In this document: positions 21,101-33,100 of the stretch, piece by piece
How positions within the stretch are numbered: position 1 is the first letter of the stretch
Layout of the letters: each line of letters starts with the position of its first letter
From: an uncultured Clostridia bacterium
Lineage (GTDB): Bacteria > Bacillota > Clostridia > Christensenellales > UBA1242
NCBI GenBank assembly: GCA_934757865.1
Contig: CAKVLS010000001.1
Location: 4,027-68,026, forward strand
DNA length: 64,000 nt
Direction: 5' to 3'
Position numbers and translations under genes: made by a program
Notes under the pieces: generated by a model
The model's input: the letters and a program-made list of their open reading frames with translations, nothing else
Told to the model about the DNA's origin: nothing
Databases searched by the model: none

Positions 21101-24100
21101 CTAACATCGTAGCTGAGGACAACTGGTCACCTCTAGGACTAGATACTTTGACTCCACTTACTGGTGGTATAAAAGGTCTATACTCAAGAGTAATTGATGC
21201 AGCTGCTGGTACAAAATATACCGTTCAATACGAGATAAGCAATGTATCTTACGCAACTTCAATGCCAACAGGACAACAATACTTTGGATTAATTTATCAA
21301 CTAGGTAGTGTTGATGCTTTGGATGCAGAACTTGACCATATCGTTGTAAATTATAGCTATATTCAAGCAGAATTCAATTCTAACTTAACATTTGGCGGAC
21401 TTGTAGCTGTCAACTATGGCAATATACTAAACTCTAAAGTTACAATGAACAATATTGCTGTTGGTATTAGTGGACTAGCTACTGATTTTGGCGGATTGGT
21501 TGGTAAAAACTACGGAACAATAGATAACAGCGAAGTAGATAATAGTGTTAACCTAAACGCAACAATAACTATCAAAAATGGTGTAACACCAGTTAATATA
21601 ATTGCACTTAATATTGGCGGTCTAGTTGGTAATGCAGTAAGTGGCACACTTAACGGTTGCCAAAAAGATTATACAGAGAATATCGCAAGAAATGTAAGTT
21701 TTGGCGATCAAGGATATGACATCAATGTATCTATCAAAGTTTTGGCTGAGGATACTCTAGATGTTAGCCTAAAAGATAAAATCGCCGTTGGTGGTGTATG
21801 TGGAAAAATCACTAACACCAATAGCACTAAAGTATTTGTTAATGACTTTGCAGTAACAGGCAGCATTACAGCAGATACAGCTAACAATGTCGGCGGTATC
21901 GTAGGTAAGATAAGTGCTGAAAAATACAAGGACAAGACAGAAGAGAGTATTGGTGTTAATTTGTTTAACTGCCTAAGCAATGCAAGAGTAACAGGTTATA
22001 TCAATGTCGGCGGAGTTGTAGGTTATGCAATCAATGCTAACATTAGCTACTGCTCAGCAGAAAATTACAGAGACACCCAAACAACAAGAAGACCATTTGT
22101 TACAGGTTCTAGCTATGTAGGTGGTTTTGCAGGTTATGTAGGTAGCTCTAATATTGACCACAGCTACTTTGTAACATATTTCGAAAATGCCGAAGGCTTT
22201 AATAGTGATAGCGTTAGCGAAAATAACAGCGATATCATAGCTACAGGCGATGCAGCTTTTGTAGGTGGATTTATAGCATCTATAGAGCTTTCTGATGAGA
22301 ATATCATTACAAGTGCAGCATTTATTGGTAATATTTATGTACAAACAGCAGACAAGAGTAACACTTCAGGATTTGTTGGTTGGTACAATGGTACAGGTCA
22401 AATTACTAACATAGTAGTTAGAGGCTGGGGTAGCCAAGGTATATCATCAACTCGTGGCACTTCATCAGCAGTAATTACTGGAAATTATTATTCAACATTT
22501 AACAACCCAACAGTTGTAGCATCTATTAATGAGGTATTTGACAAAAATGGTTCATTTACAGATGAATCTATCTGGAAGACAACAAGAACAATCAATAACA
22601 ATCTTCCATACCTAATTGATGGACAAGGCAATATACTATTTGCTTTCTTACCAATTAACATCAATGTAGACATTATCAAAAACGGCGAGGGACTAACTCC
22701 TGACAAAGAAGATTCTATCCGTAACGATGGATATATTGCACTTGATGATCCTAACAAAGTTGTTGTTTTGTATCTAAACGAGCTAAATAGTGGAGCACTT
22801 ACAGCTGAGCAACTTTTGGCACTTAATACATACAAGATAACAAGCTTTGCACATATCACAATTGATCCTCTTACTCTTAAGACTTTGAGATTGACTATCT
22901 CTTCTAACAACAACACAGTAGTTAGAATAGAGAATGACAAACTAATAGTTTTGAAAGAGGGATATGCAAGAATTACTATCGCATCAAAACTTAACGCTGA
23001 TTATAAAGCAGAGTTTATTGTAGTTGTAAAGCGTGGATTTAATGATTATGGCTTATACGAGTCAAGCAATATGACTGCTGAGACTATCGTAAAAGATAAT
23101 ATCGATGAGCCAGTAAAAATCATTGTAAACAAAGTACAAGCTTTGTACGAAAAAGCAAGTTATGACAGAACAGTAGATGGCAATAAATATTCTCTAATCA
23201 CTTCAAGTGATGTATATGTAAAATATACTCTAGAAAGTGATGATTATGTAGATGCATTTATTATCAATACTAACTGGCAAAGAACTGACGGCAACCCATA
23301 TACAGAAGTCCATATCAATAATTTAACTTCTATCTTTGCAAAAGCTGTTTTGAAAAAGAGAAACGCACAAGGACAGGATGTTAATGTAGGGCCTATCAAA
23401 GTTACAGCTGTACCATTTGTTAACTATACATATTTTGGTACAACTTACACTTATGTATATGATTACCTAACTTATAACTTCTATGTTGAGATATTTAACG
23501 GTGCTTCAAATATTTCATTTGAGAGCAACTCAACCAATGTAGAAATTACTCAACTTCAAAGTTTCATCTATGGCGTTATCATGGATACAGATACCATAGA
23601 GGACGAGATTAAGTACTATGTAGAGTATAATGGTAAGATTGTTGACCTTAACGCTTCAACCGAAGAGTCAATGATTAACCTAACAAAGAATGCCGTAACT
23701 AACGAAACAATTTTTGGTGAGGACGGCATCAGCGTAAAAGGTAAATATAACAAGTTTACCGTAAGCTTTGAGAATTCAACTGAGGTTATCAAAGAAAACA
23801 AAGTATTTAAGATTATATATTATAGTGCATTAGTTCCTACTATTAAGGCAACTATGACAATCACAGTTGTACCTCAAAATATCGTTAGTGCAGACATTGG
23901 ACTATATAGTAACAAAGATACTTACAACAAGAATAAAGATGGCACAGAGACATTTATATTCAATGCTCAAGTAGCATTACTTACTGTTGAGATTTATCCA
24001 GACTTTAGTAAGTTTGATAGATTTGACATTACATACACATCAAGTAACGGAACATCTTTAAGTATTAACCAACTAAAATATAACAAAAACGCAACCGAAA

Positions 24101-27100
24101 CTGATGACCCATTTACCGATTATAAGGACTCTGGTTCTCAATACATAATTGGTTATGGTATGAAGGTAGCCAAAGCATCTGGTCAAGAGCCACTACTTGG
24201 TAGCGATTCTGGTATATATTCTTATAGCAAGATTTATTACTTTAGTTTGCTTATCGGTTCTAATGTTCCTGACCTTACAGTTTATACTGTTAACCTAACA
24301 TTCTTCAGTGACAATGAGGTAGTAGAGCCAAGGAATATTAGCTATACATTTAGATCACTTTCAGCTCCAACTTTGAGCCTAGGTGTTAAAGATGAGAGTC
24401 TAAAAGGTTTACTTCCACTAGGAACTAAGAATGAGCTTAATGTTATCGCTAGCAACTTTACAGGAGATATAGAGTGGAAAGCTGAGATAGAGGTTGGAAA
24501 TTCTAGTGCTCCTATCAAGTGCGCAGATGGTGAAAACTGCGGCAAATGTATTACTTGCCTAAACAAAAATTATGCATTGTTAGAGAGTTTGATTCCTACA
24601 CAAGATGCTGATGGCAAGTATTATCTAACAATTCCTGCAGATAACTTCGAACTTATCGGCAAGAGAATTAAAATAACTGCCTCTATAACTAAGAGCGAAA
24701 ATAACGAGACATTTAACAAGACAGAGAGTATGTTTGTTGATGTTACATTATTTACTGTTACTGGTATGGAAGTAGAGGGCTTGAGTCAAGATATGCTTAA
24801 ACTTCCTATCTACACTCCATATGCTCTAAAGACAACTTTGAGTGCAGTTTATAGCGAAGATGTAAAATATGAAAACTATGCAGGAAATACTGGTAACTAC
24901 ACTATAGCTAACCTAATCGCTAAGCTAAAAGAACAAATCAGTATGGCAGATGTATGGAATTTGGTACTTGAGAGCTCAACTGACGAAGAAGAAACTCCAA
25001 GCACCCTTCAAAAACTAGTAAAGAATAGCTCAATTCTATATAACGCAGCATTTGAGTGCATAAGTTACGGAGATTACTTTGCACTATATGGCAGCACAGT
25101 TGATATTATTTCAACTCTAAGAGCTGTAGCAAATATCACTTATGTTGATGGTATTCCTACATTTGTAACAGACGGCACAGGAACTACTTATTCTAAACAA
25201 TTTAACTGTGCATTCACTTACCAAAACGACATCAAGAATCCAATCCCTATTTCTAGCCAAGAAGAATTTGAGGCTATGGAAGAGGGCAAAGATTATAGAC
25301 TTGTAAAAGATATTTTACTAAAAGACTATACACCTCTTGATACAAGAATACTAAGCCTAGACGGCAACGGATATACAATCTATATCTCAAGTTTTGCAGA
25401 TGATTTAGTAACTACTAATATTGGACTATTTAGTGCTATTCAAGCAGCAGATTCTACACAAGAAGCTACTATGATATACAATGTAAAAGTTTACTACCTA
25501 CAAAATACAGTAGTAACAGAAACAGTAGCTGAGGGTGGCAATATTGTTGAGAGCTATTCAGTTCCTAATATTAGAAACCATGTAGAGCTTAATATACTAG
25601 CACATAGCTCATATAACTTTGGTGGTATTGCTGGTGTTAATAACGGTATAATCACCAATTGCGAAGTTAATGGCTTGATTGTTATCAATATTGACAATGA
25701 TATTTTGACAGAGTCTTATGTTGGTGGACTTGCTGGCCAAAACGCAGGATATATCACTAACAGCAAAGTTTATGACTTTTCTTTGTCAGCTGCTGGTAAC
25801 ATCGGCGGCGTAGCTGGTATCAATACTAAGACTATTTCATCAACATTTACTGATGAGATTGACATTAACAACTATTCTACCAATACACAACTATTCTACA
25901 CAGGTGGTTTTGTATGTGAAAATGATGACGATGCTTTGATTTTGGAATGCTACACACAAGGTAGAAGAAGTGAAAGAGATGTAACTTTTGTTAACACTTA
26001 TAACAGCTTAGTAACAAGTGGTACTGCTGGTGGTTTTGCTTATAGAAACTCAGGCAAGATTACTGATTGCTATTCTAATATTTGTATCAATGCATCAGCA
26101 TTCTCTGCAGGATTTATTTTCCTTAACGAAGACGATGCTGTGATTGATAAATGTTACTCAATTTCAAGAGTTGCTTTCAATAGTAGAGCAGCATCTCCAT
26201 TTACTGGTATCGGTAAATCTGGTGGTGTAACAGTTTCTTATAGCGGTACAATTTCTAACTGCTACTTCTTAACAGATAGATACAATGTATTCTCTAACGA
26301 ACCTGCTAGCCCACTTTCTCAAAGAGAATTTAACTCTTCATCTTCATTTAATGGATACAACTTTAGATACAATACATCTGATCCAAAAGAAGCTGAGGGT
26401 TATACTTGGTATATCGCAGAAGGTAGACCAAGACTTGCTCAAACAGATATAGCTACTTATAGCAGATATATCTATGCGGGCAAGAGCAAAAACTATGTTG
26501 CAAATAGCGAAGTTTATTTCAAGTACAAAGAAGACGCACATAAATGGTATGCATACAACGCTCAAACAGGCTATGACACATCTAAAGAGATGGTTATCAG
26601 CAGAAGAGCTACAACTATTTTCTACGAAAAAGTTAAAGGCACAGATGTCCTAAGATACTATTTCAAAAAGGCTTTGGGCGCTGATGGCAAACAACTATAC
26701 AAAGAAGATAACGGCGTACAATATGCTTTGTACGAAATTGATGACCCAGACCTAACAGGTAATACATATTTCCTAAACAGCGACAAGACAAGAATGCTAT
26801 ACAACGGCGTTGGAGTTGATGTTGTTGATAAAGCAATAGATATAACACTTGCTTGCTATGACGAAATATACACCGAAGAGAATGGTAATGTTCAAGTTGG
26901 AACAGATGGTGGCGAAGGCAAGAGCTTGTGGAAAAATATTTCTACAGATGAAATTTGCTACTACATCAATGATTCTAAACGTCCATACATTACACCTAAC
27001 GAAGGCAGTATAGCTACAGATTCTATAAGATACATTGATAGTATTGATATTATTTCTGTACTTTATAAAGATGGAGATAGCTCAAGCCTAGTTGACCTAA

Positions 27101-30100
27101 GTGTAGATGACAACGGACAATGCGACTTTACTTATATCAAGACTGCAGATGAGCTTGGTATTGCAGCAAGTGGCACAGTTCCTTATATTAACCTATACTA
27201 TGGCGGCGGATATAGTTATCGCAAGCTTGATAGCGTAATTTATAAATACGCTAATGGCGATGGCGAAGTAATGGGCTCTAAGACTAACCCATACCTAATC
27301 TATGACACAGTTAGCTACAATACTTATTTCAAAGATAAGTTTAATGGTAACACTTCACTTAGCGATGCTAATAGAAGAGAGTATTATAGATTAGTTGCTG
27401 ATATTGATTTTGGTTTCAAACAAATTTCTACTTCTAACCGCATTTTGTTTGGTTATGTTGAAGGAAATGGCATGACTATCAAAAACATCACTTTGACTTA
27501 TGTTTCAGGTGATGAAGAAACTACTGCTTTTGGTCTATTTGCTGAGAGCTTTGATAGTATTGTTAACAACCTAACTCTTAATATCATTGAGATTGCAAGC
27601 TCTGCACATACATATGTAGGCGGACTTGTAGGTAGAGCAAGAACAGATTATACAACTATAGATAGCAAGGCTATGTTTAATGGTTATGAGATTCAAAACT
27701 TTGATGGCGTTCCTAGTTATCTAAAACGTAACTATTTTAACAATATAGTTATTTCAAAAGTTGATGAAAATTCTACAACTCTTACAAACACCGGGCTTGT
27801 TCTTGGTAGAAACTTTGTAGGCGGACTTGTAGGTTTCATGACTGGCAATACAAGAATCAATAACATTGATGTTAATATCAATGTAAACTCTGTATATGTT
27901 CAAGACGCAACAACTGCTGGTAAGTACAATACTTACCAAAGATTAGAAGATGGTGATGATTCTTCAAATATCAAAGCATTATTTGATAACACAGAAGACC
28001 TAAACGGTAAGAATAATGAAGAGGTTAATTACTATCTAAATAGAAGATTGTCTTATGCTGGACTTGTTGTTGGTGTATTAGACACTGACGCTCCAACAAA
28101 CGAAGACAAAGGCAATATTGAAGGCTATAATGCAAATGCACTATTTGTTCATGACAAATTCACAGCTGCTGGATTTGTAATAGGTGGTGTAATTGGACTA
28201 ATAGCTAACGATTATAATATTGTTCAAAACATCAATGTAACTCTTGAAGAAGAGCAATCAATAAGAGGAACATTGTATACAGGTGGTCTAGTAGGTGAGA
28301 ATAGAGGTCAAATAACAACTTCTACAATCGCATACGAGACAGACAAAGAGAACGAAATTGCACCTGTATCTTCAGCTCGTGTTAATACTACATTCTTTAA
28401 CAACAATATGCCAACTGTAGCTATTGGTGGACTTGTAGGATTTAACAATGGCGGAAAGATTTATAGTAGCATTTCACATGTTGATGTTCGTAACCCACTT
28501 GCAACAATAGCTGGTGGTGCTGTTGGTAGAAGTATCAAAGGCGAATACAACAAAGTATTAGTATCTGGCTCTGTAAGAGCAAAATCTATCATGGGCGGAT
28601 TTACTGGAACAGTTAACTCATCTAGCATCTATACTGGCAAGACTGGTATCGGCAGAAAAGAGCAAGCTGATGTATATCCAAATGATGGATCAGATATAGG
28701 CGAAGACAAATGGGTTCCAATAAACTCAACAATCGCTGATGTTTATGTATCATGTATCGCTGCTAACAACTGGCTTCTTGATGATTATCCATATCTAACC
28801 GAGAAGAAGAGTGTTAAGAGAGTAGCCGGTGGATTCATAGGCTCTGAAGCTTTGACTACAGAGTACTTTAGAAACTTAGATAATACTGATATTAAGATAG
28901 CTGCTATCAAGACTGAATTTACTAAGATATATAGTTCAATTACTGGTAGTTTCTATACATATTCTTTGTACTATGGTAGTACCGGAGAGACTGTAGCTCC
29001 TGCATCTTATATGCCAGTAGCTTATATCTCAGCTTTTGATGATGTAAAATTATTTACAAGCAAGTACGACGAGAACGAAGAAAACTATGATATGTATCAA
29101 TACCTATATCCATACCTTGCTGTTAATACACTTAACAGAAGTGATGCAAATACTTTGGTTGGTATGACCCACTATGAGATTGCTTATGGTACAGTGACAG
29201 AATACACTGGAGATAATTTAACTCTAAACAATGAAACTACTCCAACTACAGCAAAATATAAAATAGGTTTGGAAACTGATTTTGATGTTAAGTCTAATCA
29301 ATATATCAATAGAATATCAAAAACTTATGCAAATAAAGCACTTACAGAAAATCGAACAACCAATACTTTGTATTATGAATACACAGGACTAAAAGAAAAT
29401 GCTCGTCAAAATGCTACAACCCTAATCATTGAGCGTGATGATTTAGGCAAAATAACTTCTAAAAAATTAGAAGTTGTAGAGAAATACAACATTTACTCTG
29501 CATTTGCAAGTGACGATGACTTTGATATCAATGCAGATACATTCTACAATAGCTTATCAAGCGAAACTCGTAGTATGTATCCTAAGATTAAGATCAATAC
29601 TGTTGGCTTGTCTTGGAACAACTATGCAGGTACTGAGTTTAGTAAAGATGAAGAAGGCTACTTCTTAATCGAAAGCGCTAAAGACTTAGCAACTCTTGCA
29701 TCGGCTGTTAATGGCAGCAAAACATATACAGAAGAAGGCTCAACTAAGAGTTATAGCACTGCAAAATATAGATTAGTTAGTGACATTGATATCTCTGGTA
29801 AAGAGTGGACTGCAATAGGTGGAAATGGAATTTCATTTGGCGGAGAATTTGATGGTAACTACCATACAATCCGTGGTGTATTGTCTAACAAAATCAGTAC
29901 ATTCATATATTCAGGCATCTTTGGATATGTAAAAGATGCTACAATAAAGAACCTAACTTGTGTAGGCGGTACTGTTACAGGTGATTTTGTTGGCGGCATT
30001 ATTGGATCAGCAGAGAATTCTAAGATTATAGGTTGTACTAACAGCAATACTGTAATAGGTAATTACTCAGCTGGTGGTATCGTTGGACTTAGCTTTGAAT

Positions 30101-33100
30101 CTGTTATAACTAACTGTTATAACAGAGGTAAAATCTCTATCAATGAAAAAGATACTACATATACTGATTCTTATGTTGGTGGTATAGTAGGAAAATCATC
30201 AAAAGATACAATAACTTACTCAGGAGTTTTAGACAACGCAAAAGTAGTAAACTCTGGCGATATTGAAGTAACTAATAATAAGACTTCTTATACTTCTTCT
30301 ATAGAGAAAAAAGGTTCTATCTTTGTAGGTGGATTTGTTGGATATATGAATGGAGGCTCATTCAATGTAAGCTCTAAACAATATATCTACAATGAAGGCA
30401 ATATCACAGTAGATAGCAATGCTCACAAGATGTATATAGGTGGCGCATTTGGTAGAATGATAACTGCAGGATTTGAAACTGCAATATCTACTGATTATGG
30501 CGTAGCTTATATTCGTAACAATGGCAATATCACAGTAGATGATAGCAATGTATTTACAACTTCTAATAGTAGTGATTATTATGTAACTAAACTAGAAGGC
30601 AGAAGTGGCACAGAGAGCGATCTTGCGATAGCTTATGTTGGTATAGGTGGCGTAATCGGTAGCTATTACTTTACATCTGCTGTTAATAAAGAATTTGGCA
30701 GAGTTGGCTTGCTAGCTAACAACGGAGATATATTCTTCGACAACCAAAAATCTTCTAAGTGTATTGGTGGCGTAGGTGGTGTTATTGGTAGTATCGATAG
30801 CATCAAAACTTATATTGATCAAAGCTACAACACTGGTAAAGTAGAAGTTCGTGTTAATGCTGGTAAGACTAATATCAACCTAGGAGTAGGTGGTATATTA
30901 GGATTTGCTCTAGGCGAAAAAGGAATGAGTGCTCTAAATATTAGCAGCATTTCAAACTGTTACAATATGGGTAACATTTCAAGCAACGGAAATGGCGGCG
31001 TTTGGTCTGGTGGTATCTTTGGTTTAGCCGGTACTACTAGCGATGGACAATATGTTCTTGGCGATGGCGGAGAAATTTTGTCTAACGATGCTTCATATAC
31101 ACTTGCAGATTTAACTGTTGTAGATGTAAGTTATTGTTACAATACTGGCAGCATTACTGGTGCAAATGATAACTTGTATGGTAAAGGCGCACTATTAGGT
31201 TATGGCGCAGGAGTAAACTGCGGCGAATCAGGTTCAGCTCACTATAACTATTATCTAGTAGGTTCTGCAGATTATGCATTTGCTACCTTTGCTAAAAATA
31301 TTGATGCTTCAACTGGCGTAGAGACTGAGACTTCTAATTATAGAGTAGATGCTCCTAACAACTATAGCCAAAGAACATCTAATACTCTAAAACTAGATGA
31401 AGAAAATGTAGGTGTAGGATATCTATTAGAGAATGGAGTATGGATTCAAGAAGTAACTACTTGGTACCCAACACTAAAAGCAAACTACGAAGTACTATAT
31501 TGGAATGATAATTATGAGCCACTATCTGTTGAGGGCGAAAGCTTCATAATAGATAGCGCAGAAAAATTAGCATATCTATCTTATGCCGTAAACAAAGGTA
31601 TTTTGAGTACTCAAAATGCAAAATTTGTCCTAAAAGACAATATTGATATGGCTAATAGATACTTTACTCCAATAGGTAATACAGACTTTGCATTTAGAGG
31701 AGAGTTTAATGGTAGCGGATATTCTATCAAGAATATTACTATCAATGCAGGCTCTGCACTTAATATAACTGACAGTGAAAATATTGATAATCAACTAAGC
31801 ATTGGTTCATTGTTTGGATTTATAAATGGTGGTAAGATTAAAAATACTGGTCTTGTATCACCAATAATTAGCGATGTTGATTATGCTAGTGGATTTGCTT
31901 ATAGCATGTCTAATGGCAGCGAAATGCAATATTGCTACTTAGATTCATTTGAGATAACAGACCCTGATGCTGTAAAAGCATTGAAAGGTTCTAATAGTGT
32001 TAAATTGTATAAAGAAGGCAATATTTCAGGTTATAAGATGGTTGCTGGATTTGCTAATATGCTAAACAGCAGCAACATCTCTCGTAGCTATGTAAATGTT
32101 AATATCGGTACAAGAGTTGGCAACTCTGGCAGTTACAAAGGTTATCTTGCTGGTTTTGTTAACGAAGTCACAGACTCTATGATACAAGACTCTTATGTTG
32201 GTCAAGGTATCAACAATGACTCTTTGTATTCATATGAAACAACAGATAACTTAGTAAGCTCAGATATAACATCTTCTTATATGTTTAATAAAACTATTAA
32301 CAAAGAGAATGGAAGATTGATAACAAGTAACGGCTTAATCGTTGGAGGAGACTCAGGCGAAGCATGTACCTCTGTTGTTCATACCTTCAACCTATCTCCT
32401 ACAATTTATGTAAGAGGTTACAATAGTTCTTACGAAAACATCAATAGTTCGACAGCTAGCGTTTCTACAAGTATCTCTAACACAACTAATATCTCTCCAA
32501 CTTCTGACAACCTAGAAAAAGATGGTTGGGATGTAATCAATGTTTGGAGCTATGAATATAGCTTGTTAGGCGATATCAGTGGTAACGATGAGTACCCAGC
32601 AACTATTAGAGGCTTGGGACAAAACTGGTATAACACAGAGTGTGTTGACCTAGATCTAAAGAACGTTGTAGGCGATTCTATCACAAAGAGAGATAGTGTA
32701 GATATTACAGGTAATAGAAGCTTGTTCATTTACTACGAAGTATCTACTCCTGAGCAACTAGCTTGGATTTCGAGAATGGTTAATACCGGTAAACTAAATG
32801 GCAAAGATTCAGCCGGCAATCAATATGTAATCAAACTAATGAATGATATTGATTTGCAGGGTAGAACTTGGACCCCAATAGGTACCTTGGATTATCCATT
32901 TGGTTGCAAATTTGATTTCAATGGTTATGACATAAGCAATTTGATTATGGATACAACTAATATCAACTTTGCAGGATTGTTTGGTTACACCAATGGCGCA
33001 TATATCACTGGTGGATCAATCAGTAACGAATACATCAATATTGAATTTACTGATGAAGATGCTAACAATCAAGCTATTATTAAGAGCTTGTATGTAGGTG

